From: Octopus sinensis
Taxonomy: Eukaryota
Direction: 5' to 3'
NCBI RefSeq assembly: GCF_006345805.1
Contig: NC_043001.1
Span: 50,778,001-50,842,000 of the forward strand
Length of the DNA stretch: 64,000 nt
Part shown: positions 10,570-23,800 of the stretch, in pieces
How the letters are laid out: each line of letters begins with the position of its first letter
Position numbering within the stretch: the stretch's first letter is position 1
The notes under the pieces: generated by a model
Told to the model about the DNA's origin: nothing
Database searches by the model: none
What the model saw: only the letters and a program-made list of their open reading frames with translations
Position numbers and translations under genes: made by a program

Positions 10570-10747
10570 CGCCATGAAACCATTGCTAGCGTTTGTATTA
10601 TATATATAACGTGTACATTAAAAATTTAGAAACTTCAAAAGAATAGGAAATAATTCGATTTTAACGGTTTAACTCGAAGTAGATTAAGCAGTAAATAGGG
10701 TGTAAGTATTGGGTTAAAAACCTTTGGATAGAAATAGTCCCACTATT

Positions 10748-10816
10748 GCTCGTGGGACTCTAACCTATGTCTTCTGCAAATATGACAGACGTTCTATCAT
10801 TGGACCAAAGTAATCC
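10748..10816 (-). pseudogene. Degenerate tRNA-like sequence or SINE head
   Basis: Minus strand tggtccaatgatag (A-box-like) and ggttagagtccc (B-box-like); acceptor stem does not pair. Confidence 0.35.
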
Positions 10817-11039
10817 TTTGATTCCTCTGTCCGTTTTAGAATTTTTTTTTACTGACGAGATTGTATTTATTTTTTATTATTTATAGTTTCATCTACTTCG
10901 AGTTTAAGTTTGCTTATGAGATATATTTTGAATAGGCATATAAAAGCTTCTTTTGTACTTTGCTGGCTACAGCCTAATGACTCCAACTGTCAATACCAGT
11001 ATTTTTGAGGTTACACACTCACTCACACATACATATAAT

Positions 11040-11215
11040 GGATGATCTTGGAGAGTGTAGTGCCAAACTTTTGGACTGAGAGCAATTCCAGTCCCTGAAC
11101 TGTACGTAAATGCAGAATGCCAGCAAACTCACCATATAAAGTTGGTACACAATACTGCAGATTTCAGATGCCCACTACTCTTTAACATCCTGTCTCCCCC
11201 ACCACCCCAAAAACT
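11040..11215 (+). mobile_element. LINE 3' coding remnant
   Basis: ILESVVPNF...FNIL-like remnant resembling a LINE ORF2 C-terminus; heavily degraded. Confidence 0.4.
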
Positions 11216-11479
11216 TAATGGTTTTGTTGGAACAACTTTTGTTGGAGATCCTTGATGAATTAAATAAGAAAAATAAAAGTGGGAGAGTTGTGCACTAAAG
11301 AGCAACCACAGAGGGAGAACTAGAAATAAAGGAGAATTAATGGTAGCACTCCTGCATAGCCAGTCGAGAAGGTTGAAATAAATAAAGAATATAATAGGTG
11401 AATTTTATATATGTATTTGTGTGTTTGTAATCTAGGCATATTATGAAATCTTTTTGAAATAATATCTGAATGCACAAGA

Positions 11480-11990
11480 AGTGTTTTAAGATCAAAGGCT
11501 GGCTAATCAGGAAAATAAACTTCATATGATCAAGGAAGAAATCTTCTAACCCACTGGAGTATAGGAAACAGATTCTCTCAAATGCTCTCAAGTCTTCCTA
11601 GTTGTCAATAAGTGACCTAATTAGCAATGGAGGAGGATATTCTGAGAATGAGTTGCTAGAGCAAGGACAGATTTAAAAAGTTAAAAGAGGATTCTTTGGA
11701 GTGCAAAGCAAATTGTGTGATGCTCATCTATGTAGTTTAGGATTTGCAAAGACTGGAAAATGATAAAGTGAGCCTGCTATGCTAGCTGTACAATAGTGTA
11801 CAATGAACTGTGGAGTACTAATGTGTTGAGAGAAAAAAATGGATATAAGAGGAATCAATGTGCAAGAGTACTGTGCTGATTGGAATGTGTGATGTGCATG
11901 GATTAGGCTAAACATTGAAAATGGGTGGGGTCTGTAGAAGAGGAAGACTGAGGAACACTTAGTTTAAATTGCTAAAGATGGATTTCAAAT
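11480..11990 (+). mobile_element. Degraded RTE LINE 3' fragment
   Basis: Similar to the RTE fragments at 35790-36470 and 45486-46126 (gagagaaaaaaatggatataagaggaatc...tggaatgtgtgatgtgcatgg). Confidence 0.45.
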
Positions 11991-12814
11991 TGTTGCATCT
12001 CGTGTAAATGACAAAGAACTATGATGGTTGATGTTATGTAGAACTTGAAAAGTACCAATCACTTATGCAAGATGGCAAAACATGTTGAAATGCGAGGGAT
12101 GGTGGGACTGAAACATATAATATGTATAATATCTACGTCTGGGCTTTTGCCTCCTTTGAACTTGCTTAGTTTCCATTTACTGCCTCTAATGCCTGTTCTA
12201 TCTCATCTGTCACTTTCCCTTTCTCCTCTTCATTGTTCAATGTCATCTATAAAATGGGGCATATCATTAGATCTATCTATACTCAATTCTCTCACCATCA
12301 TCAGTTGTACCTCTCTCTTATCAGTTAAAATTACTCTCCTTTACTGCTACAGTTCCTCCAGTTCATTTGTTGACATATCATTGTATTATATCATTGACTA
12401 TTCCTATGGCTATCTACCATTTGCTTTCCCTCTCTCTCTATTTCTTTCATTCTCTCTCTTAGTAACTATAAAGCTTCCGTTAGTTTCTCTTCCCCATTAC
12501 CATATTTCTACCATTTCTCCTGCCTTTTTGGTTCACTTCCCTATCATACATGCTCTTGCTCTTCTTTCCCCTGCCTCCCAAATTCATGTTCTACAGTCAT
12601 ACTCTACTATTTATTCTCTTAGTGTTTTTGCCCTGAAAGAACAAAGGTTACATAAGAGTAGTGAGGTTTCTTTTGTCATGCAGGCTGTAAAGCAACTTCA
12701 CTAGTGCAAGTAAAATGAAGTATTACACCTTACACTATGTAATGTGTTAGTTTCTATGGCAAAATTCCTTTCCTGTGTCAGAAACATGTCTTGTGAGTGA
12801 AGTATTGTTCCTTC

Positions 12815-12980
12815 TCAAACCATGCCTGGCTCATAAGGGCTGGTTTCCTGGTTTCATTGGTGTATAGGTTCCTCACCTGGATGGGACGCCAGTCCGTCGC
12901 AGGTGAGCTGCAAGATGCAGGAGGAAAGAGTGAGAGAATGTTGTGGCAAAAGAGTCAGCAGAAGTTCACCATTACCTTCT
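12815..12980 (-). mobile_element. SINE fragment
   Basis: Homologous to 29425-29727 and 1281-1481. Confidence 0.7.
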
Positions 12981-13107
12981 ATAGAGTGAAGTATAGTCCT
13001 CTGACACGTTTAGAAGACTGGTCACTCTAAAAAAGATCTTCTATGCAGGTGCATGACTGTGTTAGTTTACATTTGGATCTATGATTGGCATGGTTGATAC
13101 TTATCCT

Positions 13108-13403
13108 TCGAGTGTGATTGTTACCAACGTCGCCTTACTGGCACCTGTGCTGGTGGCATGTGTAAAAGGATTTGAGTGAGGTCATTGCCAGTACCACCTG
13201 ATTGGCCCCTGTGCCGGTGGCACGTAAAAGGCACCCACTACACTCTCGGAGTGGTTGGCGTTAGGAAGGGCATCCAGCTGTAGAAACTCTGCCAAATCAA
13301 GATTGGAGCCTGCTGCAGCCATCTGGTTCGCCAGCCCTCAGTCAGAATCGTCCAACCCATGATAGCATAGAAAGCGGACGTTAAACGATGATGATAATGA
13401 TGA
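13108..13403 (+). mobile_element. SINE/RTE-type 3' tail ending in (GAT)n
   Basis: cactacactctcggagtggttggcgttaggaagggcatccagctgtagaaac...ggacgttaaacgatgatgat. The same tail occurs at 54385-54576 and, inverted, at 39250-39460, 43700-43800, 45486-45720 and 47020-47400. Confidence 0.75.
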
Positions 13404-16054
13404 AATGACCCACATGCTTCATGCCTTCAAATGGATGTGAAATAAGAGTTTCCTTTCTTGAAAAACAGATATGGGCTAGCAATGGAGCTTAAAGCAAATA
13501 CGTCAATAATACATTTGTCTAACTTATGTTAGGTTGAAAAAAATTAATGTAAAAATGAATGAGTGATGTGCGCGCACACACACACTTGCATGTCTGTGTG
13601 TGTATGTGTTCATATATATATATATATATATAAAGTTAGGTGTGGTACAAACAAATAAAACTCAAGCATAAAGTAGGACATAAAGTAGGTGTGTTTTTTG
13701 GAAAATAATGAATTGAAAATTTATTATTTTCAATTCATGTTTTATTCAAATATATATACATTTGAATAATGCATGTTTATTTTTGAACAGAGGAGGTAAA
13801 TATGTCTATAATATGTGTGAATAATGATACAAAATTATAGTTTTCATAAAAAGTTTTCCTGTGAATATATTGTGTGTTTTCACAAAATGAGTTTTAGACA
13901 AGAACGAGAATCATTTTGCTGATAAGATTTTGTATAAGAAAGTTTTACTGAATGAATGTTGGGGTATGTTTTAACTAAAGAAGTTTTACAGGACAAGGAA
14001 AACAACATTTTACTGACTGGTTTATGCTGTCATCAGTTTCAAAGTTTGAAGTATGTTTTTTAATGCAAGTTTTAATCCATGCATGCTGTCAGAATTCTTG
14101 GAGCACCAGAAAAAATATTTTGTATTCCAGCTCTTTATATTCTGAGTTCAAATCTTTTTGCGGTCAGTAGTGCTTTCTGTCCCTCTGCTCAGCAAAATTA
14201 AGTACCAGTCAAGTACTGGGGTTGATATCAACAATGTTACCCTCAAAAAATGGCTGGAGTTGTGCCTAAATCAGAGACCAAATTCATTTGGATTTTTTTT
14301 TAATATAAAACAAAAAGATTACATAAACAAAGGTTGGATTCCAACCTTCCTTGCACCAAGTTCCTGGATGTTTTTATCTAGAATTTATGAGAAAATTAAC
14401 ACATATTAGTATTTCACCTATAACCTAGAATATAACAGATGCAGAGACATTATCTGATACAACCCATCATACAAATTAGCAACAACAATATTTGAAACAG
14501 ATGGACATGCTTTCACACCAGTTGGTCTGCAGACCTTGTTTTATGTTACTATTCTTGTGTCATGTCTGCTCATCTATTTCCCAGCAGCTTATATTGTTTC
14601 ATTGCCAGATTGTTGGAAAGTGTTGAAATTGTGATGATATTTGATTAGATTAACTGATGAAGGGTTGGCTGTGTTTATGCTTGTTTAGTTTTTTTTCTTA
14701 TAAATTTTTTTTGTCATCCCTCTGCTACCTTTTATATGATATATACACACATACTATATATACATTTATACACATATATCTAGATATATATGCATACATA
14801 TATATAGATATATGTATTCATAGGTATACATAGATATATATATGCATACACACACATTCCTACACACACACACATATATATATATATATATGTGTGTGTG
14901 TGTATACATATATATGTGTGCATTTCTATATTTGTGTACATACATATGCATGTATACATATCTATATGTCTTACTTGGAAACAGATTATGGCTGGTAACA
15001 TGTCATCCAGCCTTATGAAATCTCTTTCAGTGAATTCCATCTGATCCATGTAAACTAAGAAAAGTGGATGTGGAAATGTTAATGGTGGTAGTGGTGATGA
15101 TGATGATTGTGTGTGTGTGTGTGTGTGTGTATATTATGTTTATACCTTTGGGTGGTTTAAGTTGAATTAGCCTGCAGTTAGAAGTCGTTTCAAGTTGATA
15201 AGCGTAAAATATATAATTACCAAATTTTTTGAACACAGATTTGGTACTTAGTGATAAATGAAAGTTCATGAAATGAGATCGCAATTGCAGTAGACATTAG
15301 GGATTCTATATTTTGAAGCATTTTGTATCATGCCCTTATTTTTCTCGTAATGCCTGACACAATTGCACTGCAGCTTTTTTTCAATGAAAGTCATGTATGA
15401 AAAAGAAAAGCAAACTTTGAAAACTTAACGACATTTAAAAAATAATTAAAAGTTGATTACAATTGCATGGCTACCTGAAGATGGTTATGTGATGGAAGTG
15501 CTAGCACACAAATATAGGTGGTTTGCAGTGAATGGACATTGTAATAACTGTCACAACTTGGTATAGTTACATGAAGGAAGTGCTAACGTGCAAATATTGG
15601 CAGTTTACAGTGAATGGACATTGTAAAAGTTGTCACAACTTGGTATGAGTAAAAGCAGAGAATATAATATGGGTTATATTCTGAAGCGATTGAAAAAAAT
15701 AATTGTTGATTTAAATTGCATGTCTATGTGTAGAAGGAAGTGCTAATATGCAAAAAGTTACAGTCAGTTGGCCACACACACCCACACCTTCCGGTGTAAG
15801 GGAGACAATCAATTTCTGACTTCCTTCACAAAGAGTTACCTCTTTTGTCCACAATAGTAATTGTACAAGGTTTTTCTGATCTGACACCAGAAGCTCCTTT
15901 ACTCCATATTACTCCATAAGGGAAAAGTCTAAAGAGTGTAGAACCATCTGTGGAATATAAGTGATGTATTTGTCAAGTGTGAACGAAATCGGATGAAAAT
16001 ATTGATTTTATGTGGGATCACTAATGGTCAGTCACACACACACACACATTCTGT

Positions 16055-16095
<41 letters not shown>

Positions 16096-16359
16096 ATGTA
16101 TTTTAATATTTTGCCTAAGCATTGTCATGCTAATAACCTGGTATATGGAGCATCAGTCAAACACAGAGTGGTAATATGAAATTGGGATGGCAAAGGAAAG
16201 AAACTTATGTTATGAACTTCATTAGCTTACAGCTGTTTCTGCTATAAGGTGCAATGTACTCATAGTTGAATGCTTAATTAACACCGTATAGCTTCATTGG
16301 AGCTACAGACATGGTGGTGGGTGATACATACATACATATGTGTGTGTGTATCTTTCATA

Positions 16360-16730
16360 TTTTACTTGTTTCAGTCATGAGACAGCAGCCATGAACCATG
16401 CTTAAGCCCTACCTTGAAGAATTTTTAGGTGAATGAATTGACCCCAGTGCTTTTGCTTTTTAAGCCTGGTGCTTATTCTCTCGATTACTTTTGCTGAACC
16501 ACATGGTTATAGAGTCATAAACAAACAAACACTGGTTGTTAAGTGGTGCTGGTGATAGTGTGGACAAAGACACATACACACACATGATGGGCTTCTTTCA
16601 GTTTCCATCTGCCAAATCTGCTCACAAGGCTTTTGTTGGCCTGAGGCTTTATTAGAAGAGACTTGCTTAAGGTGTCACGTAGGACTGAACCCAGAACCTT
16701 GTGGTTGGGAAGCAAGCTTCTTACCCACTC
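16360..16730 (-). mobile_element. SINE, near full length, CpG-decayed
   Basis: ttttacttgtttcagtcatg...ggttgttaagtgg...gggcttctttcagtttcc...ggttgggaagcaagcttcttaccca. Confidence 0.75.
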
Positions 16731-17123
16731 TATGTATGTACTTAGATATATGGATGTATTTATAAATTAACATGTTCAAAAGCATGTCTGGTCATTGGTA
16801 AATATTGCTATATTTGGTAATAGGCAAGTGTCTTGGAGGGTGTCCAGTTGTAGAAAGTTTATGGTAACAAATTCCACCTGAAGCATGCAAGTTTGAAGAA
16901 TTGGACACTAATATAATGATATATGTATATGTGTGTGTAGGGAGGGTGTATGCATGTGTATATTTGTGTGTATGTGTATATGTGTGTATATATGTATGCA
17001 TAGATATTTATGCATAAGTATTTATGTAAGTATGTATATATATTATAAATAGACTACCTGTGACCTGTTTGGTCACTGGAAAACTCTTGAGTTTTGTTTT
17101 GTGTTTTTTTTTTTCTTTTCCAG

Positions 17124-17239
17124 GTTATTTTGCATGCTTTCAATGAATGTGACATTGAAATCACACATAAATGGCTCCTTTCCGCAGAAAAGGAAAGATT
17201 TGGCTACTATTTCTGGCATGCCCTGCTACCATGTAACAG
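17124..17239 (+). other. Candidate upstream (5' UTR) exon of the ankyrin gene
   Basis: Acceptor t-run+cttttccag, donor cag|gtattt. Not in frame with the main ORF if joined to 25558. Confidence 0.3.
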
Positions 17240-18004
17240 GTATTTTGGGTCCTATATTGCAAATAGCTGTTACCTGGTAGCAGGGCATGCTAGAAATCGC
17301 AGCCAAATCTTTGGAGGTGAGATGTGTTGAATGCACTCAAAAAATCCAATGGAAAAAAATCATTTCACACTGAGGTTACGAACAGGTCTTTTATGAAATA
17401 TTTGCCGTATTTTGAAAGTCATTTTTACTTCAAAATATTTCTTAAATATGCTAATAGAAATTTTTGTAAGGTATTCAGTTGTTTAAAGAAGTCTAAAATA
17501 TAAATGCATACTTACAAACAGCTTACATTCTTGAAATCACATTCACTTAAAAATATTTCTAAATGATTGAAATATTGTGTTTAACAAAAATGAAAATAGA
17601 AACATTTTCTGTAAAAAATTCGTATTTTTTCATTGTTAAGTCACTGTCTTGTAGAAAGACAAGAGTTTCTCCCCTTTCAAGATGAAGATTATTTTCAGAA
17701 TATTTTCCCATTATGTACCGTTTTGGGTATTTATACTCCAAAACCTCTAATATCTATAAAACTACTTGTCTGATTTACCCGAAATTTTTTTTTATTCCAT
17801 TTGTATTAACATTTTAAGGTAAACTTAATTCATTATATTTCCCTTTATGTGCCATTGTGGCTGGGTAACATTGCAAGCAATCAAGCAAGATTCAAACTGA
17901 CTTTTAATGTATTGATAATTAGTATCTGGCTCTGTGCCGTCAAAAATGATAGCTAATTGTAGTATTTTATATATAAATAAGATACATAATAATCATAGAT
18001 ACAA

Positions 18005-18660
18005 ACATTCACATACTTCCCTTGTACACACACATACATACACACATATACCCACACAGAGCTGAAACTCTGTTTGATTTATCTTTTCAGCATTGAATGT
18101 TCACCATCCCACTTCCATTGTACACACACACGCACAAACATTCCCATGATTCATTTTTACATACACACACATATACTCATGCAGAGTTGAAATGCTGCTT
18201 GATTTTTTTTCACCGTAGAACTTCCATCATCCCACTACCAAGTTTGCCATCACCCTTTCCTTCCTTATTCATCTGTCACCCCTCCCTTTCTCATTCATAT
18301 GTTGTGTCAGATAAAATACATGAGTATTATTATAGTAGGAGATATAGATGGTAAATCAAATTAATACACCTGTTAATGTTCACATACATTCACATACTTC
18401 CCTTGTACATGCACACACATACACACATACCGAGTTGAAATGTTTGATTTTTTTTTCCAGCATTAAATGTTCACTATCCCACTTCCATTGCACACACACA
18501 CACACACACACACACCACACACACATACATACATACACATATACTCACACAGAGTTAAAACACTGATTTTTTTTCATCCCTTCCTTTGCTATTCATCTAT
18601 CATTCCTTCCCTTCTCATTCATATGTTGTGATGGGGAAAAAACAGTATTATTATAGAAGA
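18005..18660. repeat. Old diverged tandem duplication (two units of about 280-330 bp with internal sub-repeats)
   Basis: cattcacatacttcccttgtaca...cagcatt.aatgttcac.atcccacttccattg...ttctcattcatatgttgtg occurs at about 18005-18335 and 18387-18660. Confidence 0.7.
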
Positions 18661-20360
18661 TGCACGATGCACTCTTTGCCACTTCCTCTCTCATTGCTAT
18701 TACTTTCTCTCAGTCCCTCTAAGTCAAGGCTTTTACTCTCACTACTTCTCCTTCACTGAATTACTATTTTCTCTCCTCTCCCTTCATTTATACTACTCCC
18801 TCCTGCGTGATTTTGGACAAATAATATATATATACACATACACACACAAATCTAAAAAAACACTACGCACATTATATTAGGAGATAATCCATTCTACTAT
18901 GGGCACAGGGCCTGCAATAAATTTTAGGGGAGGGGGCTAGTCGATTACATTGACTCCCCCTAGTTTACTGAGAACATGAAGACAAACAAAATGCTGCTAA
19001 GCATTTTGTCTGGTGCGCTAATGATTCTGTCAGCTTGCTTTTTTGATAATAATAATCATGATTTATGATATTGGCACAAGGCCACAGATTAGTGGGAGAA
19101 TGGTGTAGATGAATATATCGACCCCAGTATTTGCTATTCTATTTCATTGACCCCAAAAAGTGAAAGGCAATGTCAACCTAGGCAGTATTTGAACTCACAA
19201 TTTAAAGGGACTTAAACTAAGTGCTGTAAAGTGCAATCATCCCACTGCCCTTACTACTACTACTGATAATAGTTGTTACTAACATAGGAAAGAGGCCACA
19301 AATTTAGGGGTAAGAAGTGGGTAAGTCAATTACATCAACCACTTTCCCTCAGTACCTTACTAGTACTTTATTTTGCTGATCCTGAGATTTGAACGCAAAA
19401 TGTAAAGGGACATGACTCTATACACTTACACATATTAAGGCATTTAGTTCAGCACTCTATTAATAATGATATACCTAACAGAGTTGAAGCCTGAAATTTG
19501 ATGGTGTGGGGAGAGGGAATAGTCAACTGTATTGACTGCAAGCCACAGATTTGGTCTGTTACTTCTGGTGTTTGTCTCCTACAAATTTCTGGTTGTTCCT
19601 TATGATGGAGATCTCTATCTTGTCCTCATAATATTTAACATCTTGAAAATATTTAGTGGAATGTTCTCTTACATTCCACACCCGTCTCTTGAGAGTCCTT
19701 TTTTGTCTTTCAGTCATATAGCATCCATTCTAAGGTCACCAGCCTGTGCTGAATGACACATTCTTTATCAGAGAAAGACGTGTCTGTGTATCTAAATGAT
19801 AGACAGACAGCTTACATTTTCATCTGATTGAAAGGTATTCAAGTAGCTGATACTAGTTAGTTGAAATTCATGTTGTAGACAAATGTTGACCCATTTGTTT
19901 CATAGAACTCTAAAAACCTTGATCCTTCTTCATTTCTTGAAGCACATCCATAGCCATGATGTACTCTGGAGTGCCCCTCATGGTGCTGTCCAGCTTGTCC
20001 ATTCAAATCACCAGTCAAGTTAACGAAGCTGCTGTCATTTGTTATTGAGATTATTCACAAGAGGACTTTTTGCTTATCTGCCTGTCTGGACTATGGTATA
20101 CAAATGATTAACAGTTGCTATTGCTTTATCCATAAGTAGTATAAGCTTAACTATTCTGTTAACATATTCTGACTACTTCACTCATGTTACTATTTATTTT
20201 TCTTTCACAGGTATGCTTACTCCACCTAAACCAGCATTATTATTACACCAAAGAATGTGTACTGGTGTTCTTTGCTTGTTAGGAGTTTGATTGAGAACCC
20301 CCTGTATCCCACCTCATGCATACAGCATACATCTATACACCTCTGCTCTAGCATTACTGA

Positions 20361-21447
20361 TAGGTTGTCAAGTATAAAATTTGTAGAAAAGACAATAAAG
20401 TTTGCTAATGTTTTATAGATACAAGGAATAGTTTTATTCATCAAAATGTGCACCCATATTGTCAATACACTTTTGCTATTTCAGCAGTAACTTGTCCAGC
20501 CCAGAACTGTAAAAGCTTGACAACCTAGAGTCAATAAAATCTTGGAAGGCCTGTTTTACAGCATCGTTGGAATTAAATTTTTTTCCTATCAAAGTTATCC
20601 AAATTCTGGAAGAAGTGGTAGTTAGTGGGGGCAAAATAAGGTGAGTATGGTGAATGATGGAGAACTTCCAACTCCCACTCCTGTAGTTTTGCCAATGTCA
20701 TTTTTGCAATGTGCTGTCTGGCGTAGTCTTGCAATAAAATAGGAGTGGATCTATTGACTAATCTAGGCTGCTTTTTTTGTGTAAGTTTCTGCATCATTTG
20801 GTCCAGTTGGCTGCAGTATACTTCGGCCGTGATTGATGAGCCAGGTTTAATGAAATCATAATGGATCACACCTGTGCCAGACCACCAAGCACACATCATC
20901 AGCTTCTTTTGATGAATTTTGCTTTTTGGACTGTTTTTTGGTGGCTCGTTTTTGTCCAACCATTGTGCTGAACGTTTATGGTTGTTGTATTAGATCCATT
21001 TCTCATAATTCGATTAAAAGATGATCCATTATTGTGAAGAGAAAGTAGCATAATGCAGGCTTCTAAACATTGCTGTTTCTAATTTTCATTGAGTTCATGT
21101 GGAACCCACTTATCCAACTTTCTCACTTTACTGATTTGATCTAGATGAATCAATATTGTTTGCTTGCTAACACCAAACAACAACGATAATTCATGGGCAC
21201 TTTGAGATGGATCTGACTCGACGGTGACTTTCAGTTCGTCATTATCCACCTTTGTTTCTGGTTGATCACATTGCTCATTTGTGAGGTCAAAGTTACCAGA
21301 ACAAAATTTTGCAAGCCAATTCGATACTGTCTGCTGTGTAATAACATTAGAATGAAATATTCCATTAATATTCCAAGCTGTCTGTAATATTGTATTTCCA
21401 AGAAAGAACTCATATTTCAAAATTGTACGAATTTCCAACTTAGCCAT
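20361..21447 (-). mobile_element. Mariner transposase pseudogene
   Basis: MAKLEIRTILKYEF...WVPHEL (from 21447), then ...CAWW...ILLQDYARQH...YSPYFAPTNYHFF and C-terminal QKCIDNMGAHFDE* (stop 20434-20436). Terminus TA-GGTTGTCAAG at 20361 matches the TIR of the 50111 mariner; the other TIR was not found. Confidence 0.85.
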
Positions 21448-21726
21448 CTCTAAACAAAAATCTGACTTCAGCCTCATTTTACCGGCTGGTAACTTCCTTC
21501 TGCTGGTACTTAATAGCATTGATTGGTTGTGTTTGATCATGCCATCACCAAAGAGTTTGTCTGCACCACTTAAGTTTCCTCTGTGTTGGTTTTTATTCAG
21601 AGTTACTACTCTCATAAATGAGTTGCACTCACTATGGCTTATGGAGGCTAAGTCTACACATCCTCATGCAAGTATTTATTCAGAATTACTATTCTCTTTG
21701 GTTGGCTACTTTCATGATGGTTTGTG

Positions 21727-21792
21727 CAGTCCACATCTTTGTTCAGACTTGAAGTTACAGTCCACATCTTTGTTCAGACTTGAAGTTACAGT
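21727..21792. repeat. Perfect 31-bp tandem duplication
   Basis: cagtccacatctttgttcagacttgaagtta x2, plus cagt. Confidence 0.9.
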
Positions 21793-22280
21793 TATAAATC
21801 ATGGTGGTTGGGCTTTACGTATTCATAAGATTGAAATAACTATATCAGCTGAATATTTACTCCTGGCAATTCTGATGACATTGGGCATGTTCGAAATAAG
21901 TGATTATACTAAATGAGAATGACTATCAGAAACCTTGGGAAGAAACAGGCAGGATATATAGTTTCACTGGAAGAATTAAGCTATGACAAAATAAGATTCT
22001 TGAAAAATGGAATCATAGCAACAACATTGACAGGATCACCTAACTCTGAAGCTGAACCACAGCTAACATCTATAGAACTAGTAATTATAGACGTCTTTTA
22101 GTATAATGTTATCAACACCTAGATGTTTATCCCATGTTGTCACATGATCAGTCAAGGAGAGCATTCTGCTGTGGTTTCAGCTTCTACATTGTTACAAAAA
22201 AAAAAACAAGCTACTGAGCAAAAAAATTCAAACAAGTCTAAAACTACTAAAATGTATATGTCTCCTGATATTTTCATCAC

Positions 22281-22510
22281 TTACCCCTTTAGCATTTAAA
22301 CCGGCCAAGTCTGGCCAAAATATTCTACCTGATTTATGTTCAAACCAGCCAGATCCAGCCTCTCACATCTATCACACTATGCCAGTCTCAAAATAAACAA
22401 TCAAATCATCAATATCTCAAAGCTACTCGATAATAATGCATGATTAGTTCAAAGCAATGTGAATAAATAAGCATTACAATTGACATAGTAACCCGGATGT
22501 TAAAAGGTTA
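22281..22510. mobile_element. Short dispersed element with terminal inverted ends (MITE-like)
   Basis: ta.ccc(t)ttagcattt ... taaa.ggtta ends; homologous copies at about 39722-39925 and 40401-40658. Confidence 0.6.
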
Positions 22511-22559
22511 ATGTTTGCATTATGAATACATTCGATTAAATTCCTGAGTTCACAGCTGG

Positions 22560-23800
22560 AGCAGTTGCCTCTGTTAATGCCATATGTATTCAAGAACATT
22601 GATTCCTTCATGATGAATTAAATCTCAAATATCATGAGGTTGGTAATGCTTAGAATCTTATGCGTACCTCTGCATGAAAAAACTATTGTTGTATCAATTA
22701 GTGGAGTTGGTATACTTCTTGACCTGCAAACATCCAAGTCTTTAAATAAGTTTGAAAAGATTTTCCTGAGAAGATAAATATTACTTTCAATAGCAATCGT
22801 TGTACAGCTGAGATCTCCTGCTATAGTCAGACTAATATCTGCGACAAAAAAGTTGTACATATGTCTTGGAAATTCTCATTTACTTGACAAATATCAAAGT
22901 ATCAAAGGGCAAGATATAGAGTATAAATTGGGTGTAATGGAAATCACAAATTTCAAAAATCCACCAAAACACCACCATTTGAACATTTTCAGGAATTTCT
23001 TTCAGAAAATGGACTATCATGCTTAAATATTATCTTCCAGAAAATGATGTTAAATTATGGACATACATTTGCCAAAATGGCCCAAAAAGCTCAAGTTGAA
23101 TACTTATTCAAAAACTGATAGTGGACACTGAGAAGCTTGTAGCAGTTTTTTAGGAGTACATTGTGGTTATTGAATTTGGCCTTTGCCTGTGAGCCAATAA
23201 ACATAACATCTAGCAATCTTTAATATGACTGGACTATACTAATGAATAATGAAAAAAATATGCAATCAGTACATCATCAAGGTCAAAAATTGATTTGAAG
23301 TGCTTGATATAGAAATCAATTGATAGTAAGGTCTTCGATTTACCCTCACAAAATTAAGTTCTAGAAACCCAACCTCATCAATAACATGCAAATTCAAATC
23401 TATAAAAGCCGCTACTTTACTTCAAAGCCTTGAAGAGACTGTAAGAGTTATAAGTTTCTGCTAAAGCAATGTCTAGAGCTTCGATAAAAACAGCAGATTC
23501 TTTCACATACTTCAAGAGCAACTTAGTAATTACAGAGTCAGATATTAAGCCATGAACCATCAAGGTATGATCAGCTTAAAAGTTGCAGTATAATATAGCA
23601 GTCTAAGCTCTCAGAGAATCTAAAAAGTAACTTCTCCCACATGGTGGTTGAATCTGTTACTTTTTGGCACTTCCCATTGGAGACTATCCAAAATACTTGA
23701 AATTATGCTAGATAACACTGACACATGCATTTTTCATGCCATTTTGAATATGTAATGGAAAGAACACCTCAGTAAAGAACAATTATACAATAAATATCCA
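22560..23800 (+). mobile_element. Degraded RTE LINE endonuclease region
   Basis: Remnants ICIQEH, SGVGIL and NGLSCLNIIFQK...KLWTY...KAQVEYLF resemble an APE endonuclease; many stops and frameshifts. Confidence 0.45.

Noticed and set aside
12045-12704. 219-aa ORF
   Set aside because: Pyrimidine-rich low-complexity DNA giving a Leu/Ser-rich product, with no domain or splice support.
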